DNA of 64,000 nucleotides from Verrucomicrobiota bacterium (GTDB lineage: Bacteria; Verrucomicrobiota; Verrucomicrobiia; Opitutales; Coraliomargaritaceae). Below, piece by piece: positions 40,121 to 55,400 of this stretch. The position numbers were made by a program, and so were the translations under genes. The stretch is taken from contig JBCBZJ010000019.1 in NCBI GenBank assembly GCA_039815375.1, forward strand, positions 1 through 64,000, given 5' to 3'. The notes beneath the pieces are model-generated. The model had not been told where the DNA came from. It saw only the letters and a program-made list of their open reading frames with translations, and did no database searches. Position 1 is the stretch's first letter, and the number at the start of each line of letters is the position of its first letter.

Positions 40121-42568
40121 ATGCCCATTCGACCGCTGCTACATCTCACAATACTATTTGCGTTTGCCGCCTCATGCTTGCCGGCACTTGGAAACCAATT
40201 GATTTCAGACTGGGAGTATAGAGAAGGTGACCTCGGAGGCCCCTATGAGGCCTTGCGGACAACAAAAAAGCATAATCTGGGACTAAGTTGGGAAACCGTT
40301 ACCCTGCCCCACTGCTTTAACGCCAAGGATGCGGTGGATCCATATGTCAGCTACTATCAGGGCCCCGGCTGGTATCGCACGGCAATCCAAGTCAAAAATC
40401 CATATGAGGATGGACGCACAATTGTCCGTTTCGATGGTGCTGGACAAAAGACTCAACTCTATATTGGCACGAAACTAATCGGAGAACATGTAGGCGGCTA
40501 TGACGAGTTTGAATTCGACATCACTGATGCGGTTGCAGAGCACCAACCAGATAGCAAAGTCCACATTCTAGTCCGCTGCGACAACTCACGCGATCTTGAA
40601 ATGATCCCCTCCGACTTGTCGGATTTTAATCTCTACGGCGGCCTATATCGTCCGGTTCGCCTGATCTACCGCCCCGCAATACATCTCTCATGGCCTGTAA
40701 TCGACAGCACGGTAGATGAATCCGGCATAGAGGGAGAAATCTGCTTTAAGGTCTCGGCAGTCAATTCGCTAAGCCGCAAAGCAACTTTGCAAGTCAACCT
40801 GAACCTAATCGATCCGAAGGGCCGGAAGGCCGCCGATATTCAGGTGCAACTGGATCCAAATGGTTCGGATCAGACCGAGCTTTTGGCTCGGTTGAGCAAG
40901 CCAATGCTCTGGTCCCCGGATGAACCAAATCTTTACAGTTGGGAATTAACCTCGATTGGACCAAAAGGCGAAAGCTATCAGCAAAATGGCAAGCTCGGCT
41001 TCCGCCATTTCCGCTTCGAGAAGAAAGGGCCTTTTTATTTGAATGGCCAGCGCCTGCTGCTACGTGGCACCCACCGCCATGAAGATCATGCAGGCACAGC
41101 AGCGGCCATACCCGACGAACTCCTGCTCAAAGAAATGCAACTGATGAAGGAAATGGGCGTTAATTTCATCCGTCTGGGGCACTATCAACAACACCGCACC
41201 GTTCTGGAGCTTTGTGATGAACTCGGCATGCTGGTCTGGGAAGAAATCCCCTGGTGCCGTGGTGGTCTTGGAGGCCCGGAGTTCAAGGAACAAGCGCGCC
41301 GTATGCTGCGCAATATGATCGCACAGCACCGCCACCACCCGTCAGTAATCCTCTGGGGACTCGGTAACGAAAACGATTGGCCCGGGGACTTTGAACCAAA
41401 ATTCGGCGAGACAGAAATTGAAGCAATCCGTTCATTCATGAAAGAACTGCACGAGCTCTCGCATGAACTCGACCCCTCCCGAAAAACTGCAATCCGTCGT
41501 TGTGCATTCTGCGCGGATATTATCGACGTCTACTCTCCCTCGATATGGGCAGGTTGGTATCGGGGTAAATATACCGATTACAAGGAAGTCTCGCGCAAGG
41601 AGATGGAGCAGGTAGATCACTTCCTGCATGTCGAATGGGGAGCCTCGAATCACGCTCGTCGTCATTCTGAAGATCCGGACAAAGGTTTGGGCTCCATCCA
41701 GTCCGGACAGGCCGACGAGCGCGAGGGCGACTTCCTCATGACCGGTGGTTCCGCTCGTGTCTCTAAGGACGGTGACTGGACTGAGACGTACGCCTGCAAC
41801 CTGATCGACTGGCACCTCAAAGAACAAGAGAGTATGCCTTGGCTGACCGGTACTGCCTATTGGCCATTCAAGGATTTCTCCACTCCAATTCGCGCAACCA
41901 ACCCAGTCCCCTATGTTAACCAGAAGGGCGTAATCGAACGTGACCTCACCCCGAAGGAAGGCTTCTATGTATTCCAATCGTATTGGACTGAAGACCCGAT
42001 GATCCGCATTTACGGCCACACTTGGCCAGTGCGCTGGGGCGATGAGGGCGAGCCAAAGATGGTCAAAGTCTATTCCAACTGCGAATCGGTTGAACTCTTC
42101 CTCAATGGCAATTCATTAGGCCTTCGCCAACGCAACAGCCAGAACTTCCCAGCGGCCGGACTACGCTGGATCACGCCGTTCAAAGACGGTGAAAACACCT
42201 TGCATGCAATCGGCCGCAAAGCAGGCAAAGTTGTCGAAGATCGTATTACCTTTGAGTATCAATCTCAATCCTGGTCCGATCCAGCACAGCTTGAATTCAA
42301 ATTGATTGCCGAGAATGAGGATTCAGCGACCGTTCAAGTCTATGCACTGGACGAGAATGGAGTGCGTTGCCTCGACGCCAAGGACTTTGTGCACTTCGAC
42401 CTCAACGGCGACGGTGAATTGATCGCCGATCTCGGCACTTCGACTGCCGCCCGCAAAGTCCAACTATATAATGGACGGGCACAAATCACCCTTCACAAGC
42501 ACGACGGAAAATCAGTTGTCAGTGTACAATCAGAAGGGCTGCCAACGGCATTCCTCACGATTGACTAA
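40121..42568 (+). CDS. Glycoside hydrolase family 2 with C-terminal Ig-like (DUF4982-type) domains
   Basis: Motifs GPGWYR, GGLYRPV, GTHRHED, RLGHY, WGLGNE (acid/base), HVEWG, VKVYSNC; signal peptide. Confidence 0.92.
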   Translation: MPIRPLLHLTILFAFAASCLPALGNQLISDWEYREGDLGGPYEALRTTKKHNLGLSWETVTLPHCFNAKDAVDPYVSYYQGPGWYRTAIQVKNPYEDGRTIVRFDGAGQKTQLYIGTKLIGEHVGGYDEFEFDITDAVAEHQPDSKVHILVRCDNSRDLEMIPSDLSDFNLYGGLYRPVRLIYRPAIHLSWPVIDSTVDESGIEGEICFKVSAVNSLSRKATLQVNLNLIDPKGRKAADIQVQLDPNGSDQTELLARLSKPMLWSPDEPNLYSWELTSIGPKGESYQQNGKLGFRHFRFEKKGPFYLNGQRLLLRGTHRHEDHAGTAAAIPDELLLKEMQLMKEMGVNFIRLGHYQQHRTVLELCDELGMLVWEEIPWCRGGLGGPEFKEQARRMLRNMIAQHRHHPSVILWGLGNENDWPGDFEPKFGETEIEAIRSFMKELHELSHELDPSRKTAIRRCAFCADIIDVYSPSIWAGWYRGKYTDYKEVSRKEMEQVDHFLHVEWGASNHARRHSEDPDKGLGSIQSGQADEREGDFLMTGGSARVSKDGDWTETYACNLIDWHLKEQESMPWLTGTAYWPFKDFSTPIRATNPVPYVNQKGVIERDLTPKEGFYVFQSYWTEDPMIRIYGHTWPVRWGDEGEPKMVKVYSNCESVELFLNGNSLGLRQRNSQNFPAAGLRWITPFKDGENTLHAIGRKAGKVVEDRITFEYQSQSWSDPAQLEFKLIAENEDSATVQVYALDENGVRCLDAKDFVHFDLNGDGELIADLGTSTAARKVQLYNGRAQITLHKHDGKSVVSVQSEGLPTAFLTID

Positions 42569-42598
42569 GACACAACTGCCGCCCCGAAAAAACCGTAT

Positions 42599-47007
<4,409 letters not shown>

Positions 47008-47331
47008 CTACAGGCATGCAGGTGATACTTGCTTCAAAGCAGTATCACTCAACTTTCATCATCCATTTTTGCAGCCTTTATCTGGGCTTGGCTCCCTTTG
47101 CGCTCATATCTGGGAAATGAACCCACGCACGAACCATTAACATGTGTTCCAATTGCGCCAATTAAAGTTAATCGTATGTGGCAGCCCCTTACGGATGAAC
47201 CCTTCTCTTACTATTTCCCTATTGTCCTATCTTCTCGGTGCGTTGTTTCAGTTCACCATGAAGATGAATTGTCTTAATCGACTGAGATAGCACTGAGTCT
47301 ACCAAACGATATTTTAGATAACGTATTTTTC

Positions 47332-48174
47332 CTACTCACGTCTACGGCGAAGAGCAGCCGTCTGCAGGAAACCGCTACGCTGACCACTTCCGGACTGGAA
47401 ATAGCTGGATCCACCACGAACCACGACGAAGTTAATCTGTTCTTCTTCTCGAACCGTAATCACGTTACGTTCCTGAAACTTCCACCTGTCGTCTTTAAAG
47501 AAGGCCAGTTCATAAATCATGACTTTATCATTCTTTGGTTTCGCGATACTACTCTGGCCGGTTTTGAGTATAACCGGCTGGCCCTCTCGATCAAAACGGA
47601 GGGTAATATCATAGGGACTGAGATTATGTACCCGCATATGACCGTAAGGCAATTTGCTCGGATCATCGTCAAAGACAAGCGTGCGGAACGTGCCACCGGA
47701 ATCAGGATACATCAAAACTGTAGCCACGTTGGAGTTGGTCGGCAACGTCGCCAACGCGACCAGCTCGGGGTTATTCGTCTCTTCCCTTCTCGCCTGAATA
47801 TAGGGGGGGACTGGGCCTTTTGCGGCCGCTGGAGCTAACTGCTCCTCGGCTCGCGGCTCATCCTTCGGCGGTTCCTCACCTTCGAAATACTCAGCTTCAT
47901 CGACAAAATCATAATCCTCAAACTCTATCCTCTTCCTCTTTTTGACTTCTCCTTGAGAGATTTCCATGAGCTGCGGACCACTATAGGATATCGCTTGTGA
48001 ATACTGGAAAGCACGCGCAGTGTTTTTCCCAGCACCAGTGCCGAGCTTCAGTGCCGAAATTTCTTCTGCCATAGAAACCAGATAGACCCGCATGGAGACA
48101 TTTGCTTCCTGAGCTAAAAGCCCACAGCTACCAAGGCAAAGTACGAACGAAAAAGCAGTGAAGGTCTTCATCAT
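47332..48174 (-). CDS. Secreted partner protein of the GspK/PilX-like gene, copy 2 (function unknown)
   Basis: Signal peptide ending LLA; ISYSGP, LATLP, DDDPSKLPYG.MRVHNLSPY match the copy-1 partner; carries an acidic/Pro insertion. Confidence 0.75.
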   Translation of the reverse strand: MMKTFTAFSFVLCLGSCGLLAQEANVSMRVYLVSMAEEISALKLGTGAGKNTARAFQYSQAISYSGPQLMEISQGEVKKRKRIEFEDYDFVDEAEYFEGEEPPKDEPRAEEQLAPAAAKGPVPPYIQARREETNNPELVALATLPTNSNVATVLMYPDSGGTFRTLVFDDDPSKLPYGHMRVHNLSPYDITLRFDREGQPVILKTGQSSIAKPKNDKVMIYELAFFKDDRWKFQERNVITVREEEQINFVVVRGGSSYFQSGSGQRSGFLQTAALRRRRE

Positions 48175-48207
48175 AAAAAATCTGTTACTAGTGCTTTTAT
48201 TCAATAA

Positions 48208-51200
48208 TTAGATCTGATCCTCATTCAGCCAACGCAGGGAAACCACCCGGAAGCGGCGCCCCATGTCTCGATTGATATCACTCGTAAGCAAATCAAGTGG
48301 GGTTTCCGCATCATCCAGTGAATCAACATAGTCAGGATAGCGCTGAACGATCGCTTCGCACCAGGCCTTAGCCTCAACCTCATTTGAGATCGGATCACGA
48401 ACTTCGCCATAGGTTCGAATGCGGAAGGTGTCGGAACGGGCAGATAGGGACGGCCCGATTACCTGAAGCACGTCCGCTTGAGTCAGCCAGCCGGGAATAC
48501 CGGTCGACCGGTAGCCCAGCTCAGTCGGTTGGTCGAGAGTTCCGTCAGAAGAGTTGATGTCCGATTTATAGACAAGCAAGTTTTGTTCGGCTACAATGCT
48601 AGCCATTGATTTAGCATTTCTGTCGTTATGCTGAACACCACTATCTCCGGTGCCAGCCCAAGGCCAGAAGTCATCGTTTTCTCCTCCTGGATTGGGCACT
48701 TTGCCTATATTATTACTCTTATCCACTACTACGGGATTTGCATCCGATGCCAGAATATACCTTTCGCTAGTACTACCGCTATTTATGCGAACCACCTTCA
48801 CACGGTCCTCTGTCGGTATTATATCCTCGAATGCATTATCTCCACTACCGCTAAAGTCGTAATTGATGTTGATTCCGCTTTTATCGATGGCGTATTGAAG
48901 CGGACCGGAACGGCTTTGTGCATTATGGCTGTATGCATCCACTCCATCTTCTGTCTCATTATAAAGGATCAGACTACGGTTTATAAAATGGGATAAGGAG
49001 ACAAAGGGACCGCGAATCCGAACCTGCTTGACAATCTCCTCAGCCAGATTGTCTAACTCCACTTCGGTAAGGCGTCGATAGCCAGAGAAAGAATCCTCAC
49101 CAGTGCCTGAAGCCGGAGTCACCGAAGGGTTTGGTTGACGTGTACTTCTGGGGAAGAAAGCTCCCTCAGGCTCGTCGCTGCCTTCGGCGGGGTGGCTTAA
49201 ATGCTGTGTTCCGGCCAACAAAGCCTTCCAGGCTTCCTTGCTGGTCGAGTTCACATTAAAGGCACCGTTGACCATGAATTCGGCTGCCACCTTCTCGGGA
49301 GCTTCGCTGGGATCAGCACCAGCGACTCCTTTGATTTGCACCATGGAAGGGTTTCTCACCGTCTTGTCATCGCGATCATAGGTAGAGAAAAAATAACTGT
49401 CCCATAACGCAGTATTCAGCAAGTGGGACTGGTCACGGTAGAAATGATAGTTGTTGGTCTTTATATCGTTTAGATCATTATTTGTTATCTGGAACCCGGG
49501 TTTGTGATAATCCCAGCGCAACTGAACATTGGTTCCACGCCTGACAAAGGGGCTGTGGTAAGAGTTGCCGACCGCGTAGCCCGCCTGGTGACCGGTCGAG
49601 CCCACGTTTCTTCGATTCCGGTTATCAGGCACATCATCTGGATAAGTTCTGATCAAATCACCGGAGAGGTCGGCGTGCTGAAGCTGCGCGAGCGAGACCA
49701 GCTCTCCGGGCACGTCAAACAATACCGTGTTGTAGGATCCGTTTCCATCGTTTCGTCCCCACGGTGCAATTGGATCGATCAGATTGCTGCTAAAGGCCGG
49801 GCCGGTTTCGTAACTAAATACGAAGCCTACAGGGTTATCGTCATCGTTTGCATTTTTGAAAGCATCGGTCAGGCCGAGTGCACCTTCCGAGGCAAGGGTT
49901 TGATGAACGTAAGGCGGAGGATTCAGTGATGTGATGGCATCAATGAACACGTCACCTTGCAGATTAAAGTCCATAAAGGTGCGTACTGCTGAACTACTGG
50001 CCCCCATATGCGCCGGTTCGCCAAACCAATTATCCGCATAATTCATCCCGGGCTGGCTCATCTGGAAGCGGTAAAGGGACATGGCCAGAGGCACGTCATA
50101 GGTAGCCAGGGCGTATTGTGCCCATCTGCCGACCTTGCCTGTTAAATATGTCGTCTGTAGTAGATGATCCTGAATATTATTCCAGTCAAATTCCCCAAGA
50201 TAGAGGAGACGCTCACCAGACCCACCCCCCGCAAGTCCCAACTCAATCACACAGGTGCTTTCTCGGCCCTGCTCGCCAACCCGTGCAACCTTGGCCTTGT
50301 AGTCACGGATCGAATGATCCTGCATTTCCAGACAATTGCGAAAGTCCTGAATACTTGTGAAGTCTACCGGAGTCAGCTCCACAAAAAATTCATCGGTATT
50401 GTATTCACGGTAGTAGTTCTGGTTGATCGTGTAGCTTTTGGCTTGCCCCGGCTCCAAACGATCCGGTGCAATCGTAAACTTCGTATTGTGGAACAAGCTG
50501 GGCTGTGTGACACCACTATCATTTCTACTTGGCAGGAATGGGACCGTATCTGCCCCACTATCTCCAGGACTGTTCCAATCGCCCTCATCCATATCAAGGT
50601 TATCGACACTTTGACCTTCAGCATCATATTTAATGTTATTAGAAGGTCTGTGGATAGTAAACCACAATGATGTATTCATTCCGAGTTCATCATGCGTTTT
50701 ATCCATAGCTGTACCAATCACCTCCAATTCCAAATTTTCATCCCACACCAGCGGCACACTGAAAGGGTTGGCCAGGGTGATCGCGACCTTTGCGACCGGA
50801 TTGATCAGATAGGGCAAGGAACGCTCTTCAGGCTCTGAAGTAGTCAATCGGGACGGCTTAAGACTCGTCAATGGATCCAGAACCCGGGGATTGTCTTGCG
50901 TCACACAGCGCATCCCCAGCAGGAACCTCATATCCACGACCACAGGGCTAATCGATCGGGTCGTTTCCCCGTCACCTTCCTTGACCTTTAGCTCAAAAGA
51001 GTCGCCGTCCTCGGCGGCCTCCTGACTCAATTGATAAAATTCCTGCAGATTATCCCAAGTAGGCCCCTTGGGAATCGCAGCATTCCCGAAGACATCGTTC
51101 GCCACGATATTCGCGTTCGCATTCAGGCCATTGAGAAATTGACCCGAAAGATCGTCCAGCGAGTTCTTGGCCAGCGCGGTGCTGAGGTCAATACGCAGAC

Positions 51201-52341
51201 CGCCACGCAATGGATCGGCCAGCACCCCCATACTGTAAGGAGTGGCCGCATGAAAATTCTCCTGAATAACCGAAGGGGCATTACCAGTGCTGGCCAGTGC
51301 GGTGTTCAGCAGCTCCGCCTGTGGATAACTCGAAATGCGCTCAAGGGCAGAATTTTCCGAGGGCAGCGGGTAATAACTGACATCGCCTGCACCACGGAAA
51401 CCATCGACTGATTCCCAGCCTCGACGCGGCGAAGCTAGTGCTCCATAGCTTGCTTCATCACCCACGTTATAACCCGCAGCACCATTAATCAAAGATTTGA
51501 CGCTTTCGTCCCCAATCCACCAGGCAATACGTGCACCGTCTTCCTCAATCTCAACCAATGGGGCACTGATAAAATTACGTACATTGGCCTCACCGTTGAC
51601 CGTTTCATCCGCCGGTCCAAGCGAGCCTTCTCCAACCAGAACGACGGCCCGGTCACTGTCCAGAGGATTACCCTCCGTATCGAGTCCATAGATCGAGCTG
51701 ACATCCTGAGGCGTCGGCAAAGCTTGATTCTGATCATAGCTAACCAGCCATTTCACAGCGCGACTATCGCCCTCAACACTTGTTCCTGTCGGCGCTGGGG
51801 TATTCCTGTAAAAACTCCTCTCCAGAGCGGACTTAGAAAGCCCATCGTCCAACCTTGAGTCCTCCCAGACACCCGTCCAATAGCGGGTGCCGTGTTGAAC
51901 AGGCACCAACCCCTTCTGCTGAAGGTTCCCATCCGAATCCGATACAGCCGTATCATTGTTCTCTGGTTGAATACTCTCACTCAGGGCCTGACCATCAATG
52001 GTTCCGGCAATATCAGCGGTGGCGCTAACTCGTTGATCAGGACCCATTGAACGCTGCAGTTCCCCAAGTGCAATCTGCACACTCAACAAGGCATTTTGCT
52101 CTGCAGTGAAGCGTTTTTGTGCCGTTGCCGCCGATCCGGTTTCCACTTGTACCAGAGTTGTAATCGACACCAGTAACAGTAGCACAAAGGCCATTAAGGT
52201 CAGGCTAACATTCAATGCAAAGCCAGACCGGCTCGAACCGGCACGCAGATGCACCGGAGGAATGTCAGAACTCAGCAGATAGGGCCTGTAATCAAGCCTG
52301 CGATTCAGGTTCTGACTAGTGGAAAGACTGCCACACGTCAT
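48208..52341 (-). CDS. Giant GspK/PilX-like prepilin-type protein, copy 2
   Basis: G|FALNVSLTLMAFVLLLL, LQRSMGPDQR, WWIGDESVK, GAFNVNSTS, RGPFVSLSHFINR, RSDTFRIRTYG, GRRFRVVSLRWL. Confidence 0.8.
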   Translation of the reverse strand: MTCGSLSTSQNLNRRLDYRPYLLSSDIPPVHLRAGSSRSGFALNVSLTLMAFVLLLLVSITTLVQVETGSAATAQKRFTAEQNALLSVQIALGELQRSMGPDQRVSATADIAGTIDGQALSESIQPENNDTAVSDSDGNLQQKGLVPVQHGTRYWTGVWEDSRLDDGLSKSALERSFYRNTPAPTGTSVEGDSRAVKWLVSYDQNQALPTPQDVSSIYGLDTEGNPLDSDRAVVLVGEGSLGPADETVNGEANVRNFISAPLVEIEEDGARIAWWIGDESVKSLINGAAGYNVGDEASYGALASPRRGWESVDGFRGAGDVSYYPLPSENSALERISSYPQAELLNTALASTGNAPSVIQENFHAATPYSMGVLADPLRGGLRIDLSTALAKNSLDDLSGQFLNGLNANANIVANDVFGNAAIPKGPTWDNLQEFYQLSQEAAEDGDSFELKVKEGDGETTRSISPVVVDMRFLLGMRCVTQDNPRVLDPLTSLKPSRLTTSEPEERSLPYLINPVAKVAITLANPFSVPLVWDENLELEVIGTAMDKTHDELGMNTSLWFTIHRPSNNIKYDAEGQSVDNLDMDEGDWNSPGDSGADTVPFLPSRNDSGVTQPSLFHNTKFTIAPDRLEPGQAKSYTINQNYYREYNTDEFFVELTPVDFTSIQDFRNCLEMQDHSIRDYKAKVARVGEQGRESTCVIELGLAGGGSGERLLYLGEFDWNNIQDHLLQTTYLTGKVGRWAQYALATYDVPLAMSLYRFQMSQPGMNYADNWFGEPAHMGASSSAVRTFMDFNLQGDVFIDAITSLNPPPYVHQTLASEGALGLTDAFKNANDDDNPVGFVFSYETGPAFSSNLIDPIAPWGRNDGNGSYNTVLFDVPGELVSLAQLQHADLSGDLIRTYPDDVPDNRNRRNVGSTGHQAGYAVGNSYHSPFVRRGTNVQLRWDYHKPGFQITNNDLNDIKTNNYHFYRDQSHLLNTALWDSYFFSTYDRDDKTVRNPSMVQIKGVAGADPSEAPEKVAAEFMVNGAFNVNSTSKEAWKALLAGTQHLSHPAEGSDEPEGAFFPRSTRQPNPSVTPASGTGEDSFSGYRRLTEVELDNLAEEIVKQVRIRGPFVSLSHFINRSLILYNETEDGVDAYSHNAQSRSGPLQYAIDKSGININYDFSGSGDNAFEDIIPTEDRVKVVRINSGSTSERYILASDANPVVVDKSNNIGKVPNPGGENDDFWPWAGTGDSGVQHNDRNAKSMASIVAEQNLLVYKSDINSSDGTLDQPTELGYRSTGIPGWLTQADVLQVIGPSLSARSDTFRIRTYGEVRDPISNEVEAKAWCEAIVQRYPDYVDSLDDAETPLDLLTSDINRDMGRRFRVVSLRWLNEDQI

Positions 52342-52436
52342 AACTAATGGGGTTCATATTGGGATACGATTGAATAAAGAGGTAGATAATGATAGTCGCA
52401 CAAAATAACGTAAAATACAACTTTTAGTCGATTAAA

Positions 52437-55400
52437 TCAGTTTAAATTCAGTGAAAGCCTGACGCCATCGGCTACGGTATCACCAAGCACTTTTTGGACT
52501 TGAGGCGTATTGAAATGAACGTTGCTACCCTTACGCCATTCGTCATAGACGGCTGAATTGCGAACCGCCCCGTTGACGTCGGTAATGGTAATTTCAGGAT
52601 ACTTGGAGACTACCTCCAGGGCAGCCTTGTTATAGATCAAGTCTTCGTCCTTTCGGCGCCCGCTGGTATTACCACCGTCGTTGGGAACCGGCGTAGTATT
52701 ACACCAAATGAGTTCGGCACCCGTCTCCTTCAACATGCTGATGATAATCTCCAGATTCTTCTTGTAGTCGTCGATCTCGACACCGTGGCTTTTCCATTCA
52801 CCACTTTCCGCATCGCGTCCTTGCCTGAGGTCGTGGAGGCCGAAGTTAAACTGAATGGCATCCCAATGAAAGCCCTTCTCCCAGTAGTTCCCAAGCCAAA
52901 GGTCGATGCTTTCGACACCACGGACAGTGGAACCACCATTACCGGCAATCCGGTGGTAGTTCACCACACCTGCGAGCGCATCCTTTGCCGCGTTGTTGTA
53001 GTTGACACTAATGGAATCGCCGATCACCAGCACGCGCGGTAAATCCGGGTCGTCGGTCTCGCGGGGATCCGGCAACGTCGTCAACTCCAGTCGGTCGAGC
53101 ACGAATTTGCCATCCTGATCGCTACCGAAGACACGTGCATCAAAGAGACCTGTCTTCAAGAAATCCTTTGTTGTCTGCCTGAAGGTTTTGGCAGTCATAC
53201 GGTATCCCCCTTTCATCGGCACATCCCTGCCATTAAACTTCACACTCGCAGTGCGCTTTCCAGTCGGAGTGTACTCGGCATTGATCAGACGACCATCCGT
53301 TCGCAATCCAGTCGGTTCGGTTGCGTCCAAATCAATATCAATGAAGCGCGCCACAAATTGCTGCCCTGCCTGCAGAGCTTCAGTAGACTTCTGATCGAGC
53401 CAGTAAAGCGAAGCAATACTCGGGCGCGGTGCCTGAACCTGCTCAAGGTCTTTGTAGACATTTACTTCGACAAATTTAGTTGCGCCATCCCAGTAAAGCT
53501 TGTGCCGCACACTGCCCTCGTCACGCTTTGGATCATAAGCGGTTTGGGTAATGAATTCGACGTATTGCTGATCGAAGTCTACTTTGTAAACTTTGCCGCC
53601 TTTGCGATCGAGATCTACTTGTGATGTTGCCAGTGCAGCACTGCTATCCCCCTTACTTTCAACGGTGAATTCAGTTTCCATATCACCAATCCGAATCTTC
53701 GCAGTCACTTTACCACCTGCAGTCTTCGGTGCACGCATACGGAAAAAGACTGCATCACCGGAACGGATGTGACCCGGCTCAGCACTCCAGTCGGAAGCGT
53801 AGTTTTTATACTCACAACCTTCGACATGAATAGGGAGTGTCAACTCACGCCCGCCAACCATAATCGGATTGGACTCGACCAATGCACCCGGTTCAGCTCC
53901 GACAACCGGCGTGACTTGAGTCCAGCCAGTCGCCGCTGCCTCATCGGAAAAATGTAGGACAAACTCCCGCACACAGGCACGTGCTTTCGGAAGCTTGCCG
54001 GTATTACGCATACGAATATGGCGGGCCTCTGCCTTGAACTCGTGCTCGATGATTCCCGTCATGTCTTTGCTTTTAGAGACGGATTTCCAGTTCTCTCCAT
54101 CGTTTGAAACTTCGATGTCGTGAATATAGATACGGTCATCGTATTCCCATTGAATTGTGGCACCGCGCAACTTGCGTACTCTTCCCAAGTCCACAGCAAG
54201 GTATTGATGCTGACTGCCGTTACCCGCGCGCCAGCTGGTTTCAGGATTTCCATCAAAGGCTTTATTGGGAATCCGACCGCGTTGAAACGAAGAGACGCTG
54301 TAAGGATAGAAGAGGTTAGCACTCAGCACCTCCTCACATTCTTCCACAGCGTTACGCGTAGGAGCTGGAACTGGTGCCTCAGGCATGTCGACGGACTTCC
54401 CCGGACGGCGCGTCTCGAACTCGATGGAGGCTGGAGTCCACTCAGAATTACCCTTTGCTTTGACCGAAAGCTTGATGTCGCCCGGTTCGAACGTCGAGCC
54501 AATCAGAATACGATATTGCCCCTTCCGCAAGGAGCTGGGGTTCTCGCCGACAAGACGACCTTCGCCCTCGATGAAGAACTCGACTTCGTCGCTGGAACCC
54601 GTCACTACCATACCGTTCTCATCCACCAGTTGCACGAGTGCCTCGCTAAGGTCCGAGCCGTCTGCCGTAATTGTGGAACGCCATGTTGAAAGTTTTAATG
54701 CCACCGGCTCGCCAACGTGATAGCTTCTATGTTCTGAGACCACCTCGCCCCCGACCAGACCTTCAGCAAGGTAACCAGCTGCCTTAGAATTGCCCTCTGT
54801 CCTCATTGGTGGATGAAGCAGTGCGGATTCCACATCGGGCTTGAGTGTCTTCGTAAACCGGGTGCTACCATCTGCAGCAATCTCGTAAAACTTCACCTCA
54901 TCGGCGTTACTAAATACAGTAACACCACCGTCCTCCCGAGGATATACATAAGTAAAGGGCTTGTTGCCCATCTCGGACTGGTGCCAGAAATAACTTAATT
55001 TCGGGATATGCAGCAAGGTACAGATACCGTGATTTGCACTCGGCGCATAGTTAGGATGAAACGTATTGTAATCATACATGCTCCAAACCGCAGTGCCGTA
55101 GTTGCCCGGCTCCTTGTAAGACGATTCAGTCATCTCCCAATGCCGTTTAGCCTGACCATACTCACCACCGTCGCGAGCAGGTTTAAAGGTGTGCCCAGTG
55201 TGCTCGATCGTGAGTGCCCCTTTGCCAGAAACCTTAGGATGATGAAAGTCCATCGGTGCGCGCACATCATCCTGTCCGCGTGCTCGAGTAGGATCTTCCT
55301 CCATTGCAGCCTGTACCAGACGGGGTTCTTTAGGGCCATGGTTTATGCAGGCATTCCAAATGATAATAGATGGATGATTACGGTCGCGGCGAATCATACT

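Noticed and set aside
47029..47277. 82-aa ORF between convergent genes
   Set aside because: TTG start, no recognisable motif or RBS; probably spurious.
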